NCBI GenBank assembly: GCA_902558375.1 | Contig: CACEDQ010000002.1 | Location: forward strand, 14,642 to 78,641 | Source: an uncultured SAR86 cluster bacterium | GTDB taxonomy: Bacteria; Pseudomonadota; Gammaproteobacteria; Magnimaribacterales; D2472 | Length of the DNA stretch: 64,000 nucleotides | Direction of reading: 5' to 3' | In this document: piece after piece, positions 9,155-18,924 of the stretch | How positions within the stretch are numbered: position 1 is the first letter of the stretch | Layout: the number at the start of each line of letters is the position of its first letter | The notes under the pieces: model-generated | Database searches by the model: none | What the model saw: the letters and a program-made list of their open reading frames with translations, nothing else | What the model was told of the DNA's origin: nothing | Made by a program: the position numbers and the translations under genes

Positions 9155-10051
9155 ATGAGTTATTGGATAATCACAATCATATTAATAATAATTATCATGT
9201 TATTGATAACTATTATTTACTTGCAAATTCAAAACAGCTCTAGCAAAGATCAAGAGAAGGAATCAATCAAAGAACTAGATAGAGTATTGGCTCAACAAGA
9301 ACATACCCTTTTAGATTTAACGAAAGATATACAATCATTTCATGATCCTTTAAATAAATTAAGAAGGTATTTGTCTGGTGGAACGTTGGCAGGAAAATTT
9401 GGAGAATGGTCTCTTGAATCAATAATGCAAGATATTTTTAACCCTAGTCAATTTACAAAAAATGCTGAGGTAATAAAGGGTTCAGGTAAAAGAGTAGAAT
9501 TTGTATTAAAAATGCCTGAAGGACTTTTACTGCCTATTGATGCAAAATTTCCCTCTGGGTTGTATGACACATATCTGAATTCAATTGATCAAAAAGATGA
9601 AAGGTTAATAAAAAAATCTATAGATGATATAAGGAGACATGTAACAAAAGACGCAGCCGACATTCAAGAAAAGTATCTTCAATCTGGTGTGACTGTAGAT
9701 CTCGGGATAATGTATATACCAAGTGAATCTTTAATGCAGTTGATTGATTCAATTGAAAACCTTAGAGAATCTATTTTTAGAGATTCCAGGGTTCTTATTA
9801 TGGGGCCAAATTCTTTAGCAGCATATCTGATTAGTGTGCATATGGGATTTAGAACACTTGCTCTTAATAATAGGGCTGGAGAAATAATGGAAGAATTTGG
9901 TAAATTAAAAAAAGAATTTGAAAAATTCGGAAGCTCAACTGAAGAATTGCTTAAAAAAGCAGATGCTATGCTGAAAGCAGTCAATGAGCACGCTACAAGA
10001 GAGAGGCAGATGAATAAAGCAATTAAAAATATGGATCAGCTAGATAATTAA
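9155..10051 (+). CDS. rmuC: DNA recombination protein RmuC (short form)
   Basis: N-terminal TM anchor, a coiled-coil region, and the RmuC core VEFVLKMPEGLLLPIDAKFP...MYIPSESL. Confidence 0.75.
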   Translation: MSYWIITIILIIIIMLLITIIYLQIQNSSSKDQEKESIKELDRVLAQQEHTLLDLTKDIQSFHDPLNKLRRYLSGGTLAGKFGEWSLESIMQDIFNPSQFTKNAEVIKGSGKRVEFVLKMPEGLLLPIDAKFPSGLYDTYLNSIDQKDERLIKKSIDDIRRHVTKDAADIQEKYLQSGVTVDLGIMYIPSESLMQLIDSIENLRESIFRDSRVLIMGPNSLAAYLISVHMGFRTLALNNRAGEIMEEFGKLKKEFEKFGSSTEELLKKADAMLKAVNEHATRERQMNKAIKNMDQLDN

Positions 10052-10887
10052 AAATAAAAACGTCTCCACATATTTAATCCAAAAAATAAAGCACATAGCC
10101 ATAAAATAACCTCAGGAATATTTGGATTACTGTTATACCCAAAAAACCCTTTTAAGAATACGCCTACGGATCCTTTATCATGAAGTGGATGATAAATCTT
10201 TTGCCCTTGATTATTCATTTGAGGCTGTAAGATATCCCAAGGTCTATAAATTTCAGTTTTTTCAATTTTTTCAGACTTAACTAAATACTCCTCAACCTCA
10301 TGAGTTCCGTAAGCTACCATGCCAGCTGATAAAAAAACTAATAATAATGTTGTATATTTAAATACATATCTTAAATTTATTTTCCTGCCCTGAAGAACAA
10401 TCAAGTAACCTATTAAAATTGCAAGAACTGCTCCTGTAATAAATCCTATATATGAAAATGAGCCCGTAATCGAAAAGCTAGAAATTAAAAATACTGCTGT
10501 TTCAAAACCCTCTCTAAGTATTGCAAAAAATACAACCAGGAATACCCCCCATGAGGATAACTTAATGGCATTTAAAGTTTTACCTTCTAGCTCTTTTCTA
10601 TCGCTAACATGTTTTGATAACCAAAAAATAACATACCAAATTAAGATAGCTGTTAAATAAAGGAAGATTCCTTCAAATAGAGCAGCCGTAGAGTCATTGC
10701 CAAGAGATTCTTTGGCAGCCAAAACAAAATATCCTACCAAAATACTTGCAACTATTGCTGCAAAAACACCCATCCATAATTTATAGAAATGATTTAATTG
10801 CTTAGATTTCTCTAGAATCAAATAAATAATTCCAACTACCAGAGATGCTTCTAAGACTTCTCTAAATACAATAATAAATTCGCTCAT
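10048..10887 (-). CDS. FTR1-family high-affinity iron permease
   Basis: Two REXXE motifs (REVLE near the N-terminus, REGFE mid-protein) in a 7-TM, 279-aa protein. Confidence 0.8.
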   Translation of the reverse strand: MSEFIIVFREVLEASLVVGIIYLILEKSKQLNHFYKLWMGVFAAIVASILVGYFVLAAKESLGNDSTAALFEGIFLYLTAILIWYVIFWLSKHVSDRKELEGKTLNAIKLSSWGVFLVVFFAILREGFETAVFLISSFSITGSFSYIGFITGAVLAILIGYLIVLQGRKINLRYVFKYTTLLLVFLSAGMVAYGTHEVEEYLVKSEKIEKTEIYRPWDILQPQMNNQGQKIYHPLHDKGSVGVFLKGFFGYNSNPNIPEVILWLCALFFGLNMWRRFYF

Positions 10888-10913
10888 ACATATATCCTTG
10901 GGAGTTTTCTAAA

Positions 10914-10928
10914 TGAGAATGATTCTTA
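10914..10928 (-). promoter_or_regulatory. Fur-box-like imperfect palindrome upstream of the FTR1 permease
   Basis: TGAGAAT-G-ATTCTTA, compared with the 7-1-7 Fur core TGATAAT-N-ATTATCA (11/14 arm positions match). It lies 27-41 nt upstream of the FTR1 ATG. AT-rich context makes chance matches likely. Confidence 0.3.
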
Positions 10929-11018
10929 TTTGAATTGTAACCAAATATTAGTTAAATAAAAAGAAGGTTTTTAATATTAATTGGTCGCTTTTATTTAGTT
11001 TTGTTGAGACAATAAATT

Positions 11019-12254
11019 ATGAAAAAAATAGCTGTAATTGGTGCCGGAATTGCAGGTACTACTACGGCTTATGCATTGTTAAAAAAAGGTCACGATGTAA
11101 GTATTATTGATTCTAGAAGATATCCTGCAATGGCAACTAGCTATGCTAATGGAGGACAGTTAAGCGCCAGTAATGCTGAAACATGGAATACAACAAAAAA
11201 TGTTATAAGTGGTATTAAATGGATGTTTACACCTGATGCTCCATTATTATTTAATCCATCCCCTGAAATTCAAAAATATAAATGGATGTTTGGGTTTTTA
11301 TGGTCCACTCTAAAAGGTGAGCATAAAAAAAATACTCTTGAAACAATTGATATTGCAAAAAAAGCTAGAGAAATATACTTCAAAATAGCTGATGAAGAAG
11401 GAATAGAGTTTGAATTACTCAAGAAAGGAATTTTAAGATTCTATGACAATGAAAAAGAATTTAAGTTAGATAAAGAAAAGGTTTCATGGCTTGATCAAGA
11501 GGGAATGGAGTGGGATATATTATCAACTGACGAAGTTAAAGAAATAGAGCCGGCTTTTGAAAATAACAAAAATTATGAAAAAATCCTTGGTGGAATATAT
11601 ACAAAATCTGACGCTAGCGGTGATATTCATAAGTTTTGTACAAATTTAGAAAAAGTTCTTGTAGAAAAGTACTCAGCAACGCTTCAGCTTAAAACAACTG
11701 TGGAATATATAACAAAACAGAAAGATAAGCTGGTATTAACCATGAGGCATGAAAATGAAATAATTAATGATTCATTTGATAATGTTGTTATTTGTGCTGG
11801 GGTTAACACACAAAATTTTGCAAATATGTTTGGCGATAAAATGAATATATACCCTGTCAAAGGTTATAGCATAACAATTGATCTCAAAGATGATATATCT
11901 AAGCAATGTGCTCCAACAGTATCATTAATTGATCAACCAGTAAAAATTGTTGCTAGTAGACTTGGTGACAGGTTTAGGGTTGCTGGTACTGCAGAGCTTG
12001 CTGGAATTAATACTGATATTAGGCAAGACAGAATAAAACCTTTGCTTAGATGGGTTGAAAAATATTTTCCTAATGTCAGCACTGAAACCTATACCCCGTG
12101 GGCAGGACTAAGACCAATGACCCCAAATATGATGCCAATAACTAGAGAAAGCAAAATGAAAGGAGTCTACTATCACGCCGGACATGGTCATTTAGGGTGG
12201 ACTTTGAGTGCTCAGACAGCAGAAATTGTTGCAAATAGGATAGATCCTAATTAA
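11019..12254 (+). CDS. dadA: FAD-dependent oxidoreductase, D-amino-acid dehydrogenase-like
   Basis: N-terminal dinucleotide fold VIGAGIAGTTTA, 411 aa, and C-terminal GHGHLGWT typical of the DadA/DAO family. Confidence 0.7.
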   Translation: MKKIAVIGAGIAGTTTAYALLKKGHDVSIIDSRRYPAMATSYANGGQLSASNAETWNTTKNVISGIKWMFTPDAPLLFNPSPEIQKYKWMFGFLWSTLKGEHKKNTLETIDIAKKAREIYFKIADEEGIEFELLKKGILRFYDNEKEFKLDKEKVSWLDQEGMEWDILSTDEVKEIEPAFENNKNYEKILGGIYTKSDASGDIHKFCTNLEKVLVEKYSATLQLKTTVEYITKQKDKLVLTMRHENEIINDSFDNVVICAGVNTQNFANMFGDKMNIYPVKGYSITIDLKDDISKQCAPTVSLIDQPVKIVASRLGDRFRVAGTAELAGINTDIRQDRIKPLLRWVEKYFPNVSTETYTPWAGLRPMTPNMMPITRESKMKGVYYHAGHGHLGWTLSAQTAEIVANRIDPN

Positions 12255-12913
12255 GGCAAATCAATAATTTTCCAGGCCCTTCTCTCACATTCCTCTCTTA
12301 ACTTATTATCAGGATTTACAGCTATTGGTTTACTGACTTCTGCAAGCAATGGGAAATCATTAATTGAATCAGAATAAAATGTAACATTATTAAAATTATT
12401 AAAATTATTATCTAACATCCACTCTCTAACCTTGTGGAGTTTACCCTCCCCTAATGCTGCGATACCCTTCATCTTTCCAGAATATACACCATCAACTATT
12501 TCAACATCTGTTGCAACAATATTTTCAAAGCCCAGCCTCATGGCTATTGGATTAACTATTACAGAATTTGTGGCTGAGGCTAGTAACATGACATCATTAT
12601 TGTGATGATGATTATGTAAAAGTCTTAAAGCATATACATTGATCATAGGCTCTATAACTGATGACATAAACTTAGTTATAAGGTCTTTAAGATCATTCGG
12701 TTTTTTGCCTTTTATTGTTGATAGGGCAAATTCAGCCCATTCATCATAGTCTAAGGTTCCCTCATAATACTTATCATAAAAGTATTGATTCTTTCTTTCA
12801 TATTCATCCTTATCAACATATTCCATATCAATTAAAAAATTAATCCAGGAATAATCAGAATCCCCATTAAGAATGGTATTATCTAAATCAAATATTGCTA
12901 AATTTCTTTTCAT
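12251..12913 (-). CDS. HAD-IB family hydrolase (phosphoserine-phosphatase-like)
   Basis: Motif I FDLDNT, C-terminal YSDSINDFPLL (motif IV), 220 aa. Divergent from rppH. Confidence 0.75.
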   Translation of the reverse strand: MKRNLAIFDLDNTILNGDSDYSWINFLIDMEYVDKDEYERKNQYFYDKYYEGTLDYDEWAEFALSTIKGKKPNDLKDLITKFMSSVIEPMINVYALRLLHNHHHNNDVMLLASATNSVIVNPIAMRLGFENIVATDVEIVDGVYSGKMKGIAALGEGKLHKVREWMLDNNFNNFNNVTFYSDSINDFPLLAEVSKPIAVNPDNKLREECERRAWKIIDLP

Positions 12914-12931
12914 AAAATAATAATTTCTATA

Positions 12932-13420
12932 ATGATAAATGAACCCGGATATAGATTAAACGTTGGTCTAATTGTTATCAATGATAAAGGTAAATTGCTG
13001 CTATGCAAAAGAAAAAATATAGATAGCTGGCAATTCCCTCAAGGAGGTATAGATTTTGGCGAAAGTCCATTAAAGGCTTCAAGAAGAGAATTGTATGAAG
13101 AGGTTGGTATAAGAAATGGAGATATAAAACTAATTTCTTCTACAAATGAATGGTTTAAATATGATGTACCTCATGAAAAAAGAAAAAATCATTTTCTTAA
13201 AAAAAGTTTTAAAGGCCAAAAACAAAAATGGTTTATGTTTAAGCTTATATCTGATGCAACAATCCATTTTAATAACGATCCAGACAATGAATTTGTTGAT
13301 TTTAAATGGGTTCCATATTGGTATCCTTTATATGCTATTGTTGAATTTAAAAAAGAGGTATATCGGGCAGCTCTTAATGCACTTAGAAATGACTTTTGTA
13401 ATGAAATAAATAATGATTGA
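12932..13420 (+). CDS. rppH: RNA pyrophosphohydrolase (Nudix)
   Basis: Nudix box GGIDFGESPLKASRRELYEEVGI. The N-terminal YRLNVGLIV and QKQKWF blocks are typical of RppH/NudH. Confidence 0.85.
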   Translation: MINEPGYRLNVGLIVINDKGKLLLCKRKNIDSWQFPQGGIDFGESPLKASRRELYEEVGIRNGDIKLISSTNEWFKYDVPHEKRKNHFLKKSFKGQKQKWFMFKLISDATIHFNNDPDNEFVDFKWVPYWYPLYAIVEFKKEVYRAALNALRNDFCNEINND

Positions 13421-14204
13421 AGCATTAATATTATTTGCAGCTTTAGGAGTTTTTGCTGGGCTTATAGCAGGAATGTTTGGGGTTGGTGGAGGAATTATCA
13501 CGGTACCTTTTTTGGTTGCCTGTTTTATACAATATGGTTTTGAAGAAACCATTGTTATTCATATGGCAGTTGGAACATCTCTAGCTTGCATTATATTTAC
13601 TGGAATATCTTCGGCGAATGCTCATAATAAAAAAGATGCTATAAATTACAAATTCCTAAAACCATTAGCTCTAGGGATAGTAATTGGCGCATTCCTAGGA
13701 GCTTTATTTGCAGTTCAAATAAGTGGGAATATTCTTAAAATAATTATAGGAATCTTTGCTCTTCTTGTTTCTATTCAAATGGGTATTAAAAAAGACATAC
13801 AACCAAAAGAAAGAATAGAAAGAAATAAAGAGCCCTACTTTGTTGGCACTGGAATTGGGTTCTTGTCATCTATTTTAGGAATTGGTGGAGGAATATTTTC
13901 TGTTCCCTACTTAAAAGCATCTGGATTATCTATGACTTCAAGCGTGGGTACATCGGCGGCCTGTGGTGTACCAATAGCTATCTTTGGTGCATTAGGATAT
14001 TTTATTTTTGGTGTTAATAATACACTTCTGCCGCCATTAACATTAGGCTTTATTTATTTACCAGCTCTAGTTGGTATAACTTTAACTAGTATAATTGCTG
14101 CAAAATATGGAGCCAATATTGCCCATCATGTTTCTGAAAATATATTAAAGAAAATGATGGCAATTCTTATGTTGCTAATATTTATTTATATGGTTTTTTC
14201 ATGA
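13413..14204 (+). CDS. TauE/SafE-family anion exporter-like membrane protein
   Basis: 263-aa polytopic protein with duplicated GxGGG motifs (FGVGGGIITVP and LGIGGGIFSVP). Confidence 0.8.
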   Translation: MIEALILFAALGVFAGLIAGMFGVGGGIITVPFLVACFIQYGFEETIVIHMAVGTSLACIIFTGISSANAHNKKDAINYKFLKPLALGIVIGAFLGALFAVQISGNILKIIIGIFALLVSIQMGIKKDIQPKERIERNKEPYFVGTGIGFLSSILGIGGGIFSVPYLKASGLSMTSSVGTSAACGVPIAIFGALGYFIFGVNNTLLPPLTLGFIYLPALVGITLTSIIAAKYGANIAHHVSENILKKMMAILMLLIFIYMVFS

Positions 14205-14998
14205 TTATAGAATTATCAGAATTTTTTAATAACCCCTCATTGATTGATATTGGTCCATTAAAAATACAATACTATGCGGTGACTTGGTTGCTTTCTGCAG
14301 TATTTATATATCTTTTTTTGAAATCGAATCAGATAATGATTGAGCTTGGATTAAATCATGAAAAAGTTAATGATTTGGTTTTTCTGTATGGTTTGTTTAT
14401 AGGTGCTATGTGTGGGGGTAGAGTTGGATACATGCTTTTTTATGGAACAGAACAACTCATTAATAATCCAATATCATTGTTTTATATATGGCAGGGGGGT
14501 CTAAGTTTTCATGGAGGCCTGGCTGGAGTTGCAACTAGTTTTATAGTATTTGCAAAGAAAAATAATATAAGTTTTTTAAGACTTGCAGACGGAGCGTCTC
14601 TAGCTATGCCAATAGGCCTAGGTCTTGTAAGAATTGGAAATTTTCTTAACGGAGAGTTGTATGGCAAAGAAACAAATGGAGAATGGGGATTTATTTTTCC
14701 TACAGATCCGTATGGTCTTTTAAGACATCCATCTCAGTTATACGAAAGTTTTGGAGAAGGTCTTGTTTTATTTATCTTATTATATTGGATAAATAAAATG
14801 ACAAAAATTCATGGTGTTATTTGTTCAAGTTTTTTAATCCTTTATGGATTCATTAGATTTTTTATAGAGTTTTTTAGGCAGCCTGATTTTCATATTGGTT
14901 ATGTCTTTTTAGATTCACTAAGCATGGGACAGATTCTTTGTGTTCCTATGATACTAATTGGATTTATAATGTTATTTTATTCAAGGAAAACTGCATGA
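14201..14998 (+). CDS. lgt: phosphatidylglycerol--prolipoprotein diacylglyceryl transferase
   Basis: Lgt signature blocks GGRVGYMLFY, WQGGLSFHGGL, RIGNFLNGELYG and RHPSQLYE. Confidence 0.9.
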   Translation: MIIELSEFFNNPSLIDIGPLKIQYYAVTWLLSAVFIYLFLKSNQIMIELGLNHEKVNDLVFLYGLFIGAMCGGRVGYMLFYGTEQLINNPISLFYIWQGGLSFHGGLAGVATSFIVFAKKNNISFLRLADGASLAMPIGLGLVRIGNFLNGELYGKETNGEWGFIFPTDPYGLLRHPSQLYESFGEGLVLFILLYWINKMTKIHGVICSSFLILYGFIRFFIEFFRQPDFHIGYVFLDSLSMGQILCVPMILIGFIMLFYSRKTA

Positions 14999-15858
14999 AG
15001 GCTTATTTAGATCTACTGCAATATATTTTAGAGAATGGTGAAAAGCGAGACGATAGAACCAATACAGGAACTATTTCGTCTTTTGGCCACCAACTTTCAT
15101 TTGACCTAGAAGAAGGATTTCCTGCCGTAACAACAAAGTCGCTTGCTTGGAAAGGTGTTGTGTCTGAGCTTATTTGGTTTTTAGAGGGATCCAGTGATGA
15201 AAGAAGGCTTGCTGAAATAAGATTCGGTAAAAAAAGAGAAGAACTTACTGACTTAAATAAATATTCAACTATCTGGACTGATAATGCTGATAACCAAGGC
15301 AAAGATTTGGGTTATGAAAATAATAAACTTAGAAAAGAGCTTGGCCCTGTATATGGTGTCCAATGGAGAAATTGGGATGGGGTTGATCAGATTAATGATC
15401 TTATAAATAATCTTAAAAATAACCCTAATAGTAGAAGGCATATTCTATCAGCATGGAATGTTGGAAAGATTGACAAAATGGCATTACCTCCCTGTCATGT
15501 AATGTCACAATTTTATATCAGTAATGGAACTATAAGCTGTCATATGTATCAAAGAAGTGCAGATATGTTTCTGGGTGTTCCTTTTAATATAGCTAGTTAT
15601 GCTTTACTTTTAAGTATATTTGGAAAAATTCTAAATTTAACACCTAAGAAATTTGTTCACTCTTTTGGAGATGCTCATATTTACCTGAATTCTGTTGATC
15701 AAGTCAAAGAGCAAATATCAAGAGAACCCTTTAAAGCTCCAAAATTAATTTTGCCAGAAATCAATTCACTAGAAGATCTATCTTCATGTTCAATTAGTGA
15801 CTTTGTTCTCGAAGAATACAATCACCATCCTGCCATCAAGGCAAAAATGGCTGTATAA
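14995..15858 (+). CDS. thyA: thymidylate synthase (ThyA type)
   Basis: MKAYLDLLQYILENGEKRDDRTNTGT N-terminus and active-site LPPCH. ATGA overlap with the lgt stop. The track ORF (14938) adds an implausible 19-aa extension. Confidence 0.95.
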   Translation: MKAYLDLLQYILENGEKRDDRTNTGTISSFGHQLSFDLEEGFPAVTTKSLAWKGVVSELIWFLEGSSDERRLAEIRFGKKREELTDLNKYSTIWTDNADNQGKDLGYENNKLRKELGPVYGVQWRNWDGVDQINDLINNLKNNPNSRRHILSAWNVGKIDKMALPPCHVMSQFYISNGTISCHMYQRSADMFLGVPFNIASYALLLSIFGKILNLTPKKFVHSFGDAHIYLNSVDQVKEQISREPFKAPKLILPEINSLEDLSSCSISDFVLEEYNHHPAIKAKMAV

Positions 15859-15860
15859 CG

Positions 15861-16367
15861 ATGCGTATAATTTCACACTTAGTCGCAGTGTCTAAAAATA
15901 ATGTTATTGGAGTTAATAATGATTTGCCTTGGAGCTTAAAAGATGATCTTGCACATTTTAAGAAATATACACTAAATAAAATAATAATAATGGGCAGAAA
16001 AACATTTGAATCCATAGGAAGGCCATTACCCAATAGAAAAAACTATGTTGTTTCTAGAACGATAAAAGATATTCCAGGTGCATATGTTTTTGACAATACT
16101 AACAGCGCTATTTTAAGCGCTGAAGAAGAAAATAAAACAATGGGTGTTGAAAATGAAATTATTATTATTGGCGGAGGCTATTTGTTTAATGAAACAGCTC
16201 CCTTAATGAATAAGCTTGTAATTACAAGAGTAGATTGTGATATTGAGGGTGATATATTTTATCCAGATATTGATTTATCTAGTTGGAAGCTTGTTAAAAC
16301 AGAGATTTTTAAAAAAGATAAAGACAATGATTATGACTTCAAAATTGAAGAGTATTTGAATTTATGA
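15861..16367 (+). CDS. folA: dihydrofolate reductase
   Basis: VIGVNNDLPW, GRKTFESIGRPLPNR and IIGGG motifs. 168 aa, directly after thyA. Confidence 0.9.
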   Translation: MRIISHLVAVSKNNVIGVNNDLPWSLKDDLAHFKKYTLNKIIIMGRKTFESIGRPLPNRKNYVVSRTIKDIPGAYVFDNTNSAILSAEEENKTMGVENEIIIIGGGYLFNETAPLMNKLVITRVDCDIEGDIFYPDIDLSSWKLVKTEIFKKDKDNDYDFKIEEYLNL

Positions 16368-17807
16368 CTGACTTTGAATGTAATCTCTTCTCAGTGCTAA
16401 ATTTTTAACCCTTATTTCTTCATTTTCTGTATATTTAATCCAGTTATTTGCAGTAGTTTTTACTTTTTTATCTTTATCTCTTGCTGCAATTCTAAATTGT
16501 TTTTTTGCATCTTCGAATTTCTGGAGTTCAAAATATGCTTGCCCAAGCGTTAAGTGAACTTGGGATAACTTATCAATTTTCCCCTTTTTTAAACCTTTTT
16601 TAATTGAGTCTACAGCTTCATTCAACTTATCTTCAGCAAGGTATAAATTTCCTAGCAAGACATATGACTTACCATCTTTTGAAAGCTTTGCAGCCTGCGC
16701 TAGAACAGGTATAGCTTTTTCAATTTCTTGTGCCATTCTCCATGAGTCAGCAAGAAGTTTTAAATTTTTTTCATTGCTTCGAACAACCGGTCCAGTCTTT
16801 TCAATTTTTGTCTCTTTTCCAGTACTTTTATCTGTAATTGTTTCAGTGTATGTAACAATTTTCTTTTGGCCTGAAACTAAAACTTGTGCAGCCCAATATG
16901 GATTCTGATTGAGTAACAATAATTGCGCCAAGGCTAGGTATTCTGATTCTTTGTCTAAGAAATCTTTTGCATGTGCAGCCTTGAGAGTAATCATATAATC
17001 TTTTTCTCTGCCTAGTTGGCCATAAGTTCCGCCCAGCTGAATAAAATAAAGCTTTTTGGGATAAAGATTGACTAATATCTCATATATATCAAGCTGTTGA
17101 AGTAGTGCCTTTTTTTCTCCAATTTCTTTTTTTAACTCGCTTATGCAGGCAGCAAGAAGTACATACCAATTCTCTTTAGGTTTGTAGCCTTCTTCCTCAG
17201 CCATTGAAACAGCCGTCTTCATTGAGGACATTGCTTTTTTATAGTTTCCTTGCTGAAAATATGCTTGCCCCAAAAGAGACCATGATTGGGCAGTTACTGT
17301 TTCTACCTGATCCATCCATTGAAGTATCAATTCAATACCTTTAGTATAATTTTCTTTTACAAGATTTAATTGTGCTAATGTGAAGAGAGCTGCATTTCTA
17401 ATTGGTAGCGTTACTTCTGGTTCATTAATAACATTTTCATAAGATTGCATAGCTTGATCATATTTTCCATCTGAAAAATATACATAACCCCATGAATTCC
17501 ACATTACAGACCGATCATAGCTTTTGAGCTCAGCTTGATTGTTTCTTAGCTCAGTGAGAATTTCAATTACTGTTTCCATGTCAGGAGCAGGCTCCCCTTT
17601 ATCATCAACTTCCTCGAGAGCTTCATATACCTTTGCCATTTTTTTAGCAGTTTTGCTTTGCAGCGCTCTCGCTTTTTTATATTTTGTCTGTGTTTTAGGT
17701 TTATCACTTGATTGAGCATTTACATATGTAGAAGGATATGAAAATGCGAATGCTAGTATTGCTAGCAAATATATTATTTTAGATTTATTAAAAAAATTAT
17801 TCATCAT
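16362..17807 (-). CDS. TPR-repeat protein, last gene of the TonB2-type cluster (TtpD-like)
   Basis: Signal peptide followed by repeated A/Y/L TPR-like helices (for example GQAYFQQGNYKKA and GQAYFELQKFEDA). Overlaps the tonB stop by 11 nt. Confidence 0.75.
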   Translation of the reverse strand: MMNNFFNKSKIIYLLAILAFAFSYPSTYVNAQSSDKPKTQTKYKKARALQSKTAKKMAKVYEALEEVDDKGEPAPDMETVIEILTELRNNQAELKSYDRSVMWNSWGYVYFSDGKYDQAMQSYENVINEPEVTLPIRNAALFTLAQLNLVKENYTKGIELILQWMDQVETVTAQSWSLLGQAYFQQGNYKKAMSSMKTAVSMAEEEGYKPKENWYVLLAACISELKKEIGEKKALLQQLDIYEILVNLYPKKLYFIQLGGTYGQLGREKDYMITLKAAHAKDFLDKESEYLALAQLLLLNQNPYWAAQVLVSGQKKIVTYTETITDKSTGKETKIEKTGPVVRSNEKNLKLLADSWRMAQEIEKAIPVLAQAAKLSKDGKSYVLLGNLYLAEDKLNEAVDSIKKGLKKGKIDKLSQVHLTLGQAYFELQKFEDAKKQFRIAARDKDKKVKTTANNWIKYTENEEIRVKNLALRRDYIQSQS

Positions 17808-18495
17808 CTGCCATTATAAATGTAAATCTATGAAGTACGCCCTCCACAGAGGTTGCCTTACCGTCAACAATTTTTGGCTTATACTTCAATTTTAATGCCG
17901 CTCTTGCTGATGCGCTATTAAATAAAGTACATGCCCTCATTTCTTCTGCTGGGCCTTCAGGATCACCACAATACCCTTCTATAGCTTTAGCATTTTCAAC
18001 AGTCCCAGATTCAGTTATGGTAAATGAAACTATTGAAAAACCTTCTGTTCCTCTTTCTTGAGCTCTTCTAGGATAGATTGGCTGAACTTTAAATAATGGG
18101 ATGTATTCTCCATCTCTGAAGAAAGAACCCCCAGCTTTAAAATTTGCCTTGGGCTTGGCAATTGAAACATCTAGACCAGTTAATGGTTGGAGATCAAGCT
18201 CGGGTTGAGCGATATCCTCAGGCTGTTCTTCGGGTTTTTCAGGTTTATCAACCTCAGTCATGAATGTATCTATTTGTCTTTCAGGCATCACAACATCAGC
18301 AAGCTTGACTGATTTATCTTCTTTCATCCCACTATCTCCGAGTGAGATTAGAATAACCATTACAAAAAATAAAGATATTGTTATTAACACTGATAGACCA
18401 ACACCAGCTGCGTATTTATTTGCATCAAAGGCTTTGTTATATAAGACTTGAATAGGCCTTAATGCAGATTTAATAGCTGTTGTAACTTGATCCAT
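17797..18495 (-). CDS. tonB: energy transducer TonB
   Basis: N-terminal TM anchor, Pro/Glu-rich spacer (KPEKPEEQPEDIAQPELDLQP), and C-terminal domain YPRRAQERGTEGFSIVSFTITESGTV...LKYKP. Confidence 0.85.
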   Translation of the reverse strand: MDQVTTAIKSALRPIQVLYNKAFDANKYAAGVGLSVLITISLFFVMVILISLGDSGMKEDKSVKLADVVMPERQIDTFMTEVDKPEKPEEQPEDIAQPELDLQPLTGLDVSIAKPKANFKAGGSFFRDGEYIPLFKVQPIYPRRAQERGTEGFSIVSFTITESGTVENAKAIEGYCGDPEGPAEEMRACTLFNSASARAALKLKYKPKIVDGKATSVEGVLHRFTFIMADDE

Positions 18496-18501
18496 ATAGA
18501 A

Positions 18502-18912
18502 TTATTTTGGTTCAGATGCTAAAGATATGGCACTTACGCCCGCTTCTCTAGCTCCATCCATCACTTGAATAATGGTGTCAGCCATTGCTTTTTCATCAGC
18601 CTGTATAACAACAGAACCCTGTGGGTTGTCTGCTAATAACTTGACTACGTTTGCTTTTACTTGACGAACATCAATCCTTCTTCCATCCATCCATACCTCT
18701 CCAGTAGGACCAACAGCAATTAGTATAGCGGCATTCTCTTGGGTTTCAGCAGTATCAGAATCAGGTCTGTTGATTTCAAGTCCAGGCTCTTTTATAAAAT
18801 TAGCTGTAACAATAAAGAAAATTAGCATGATGAAAACCACATCAAGCATAGGTGTTAAATTTATTTCATCATTTTCTTCTTGAACTGCGCTTGTTATTGC
18901 GTTTCTTCTCAT
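18502..18912 (-). CDS. exbD: biopolymer transport protein ExbD/TolR
   Basis: INLTPMLDVVFIMLIFFIV N-terminal TM motif. 136 aa. Confidence 0.9.
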   Translation of the reverse strand: MRRNAITSAVQEENDEINLTPMLDVVFIMLIFFIVTANFIKEPGLEINRPDSDTAETQENAAILIAVGPTGEVWMDGRRIDVRQVKANVVKLLADNPQGSVVIQADEKAMADTIIQVMDGAREAGVSAISLASEPK

Positions 18913-18924
18913 AATTACCCTCTA

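Noticed and set aside
13146-13552. Three overlapping ORFs (13146-13409 +, 13189-13425 -, 13328-13552 -) in the rppH/TauE region.
   Set aside because: They are alternative or antisense frames of rppH and the TauE/SafE gene, both of which have clear family motifs. AT-rich sequence generates such frames by chance.
14938-14994. 19-aa N-terminal extension of thyA in the ORF track (MCSYDTNWIYNVILFKENC).
   Set aside because: The canonical ThyA N-terminus MKAYLDLL starts at 14995, with an ATGA overlap to the lgt stop. The extension lies inside lgt coding sequence.
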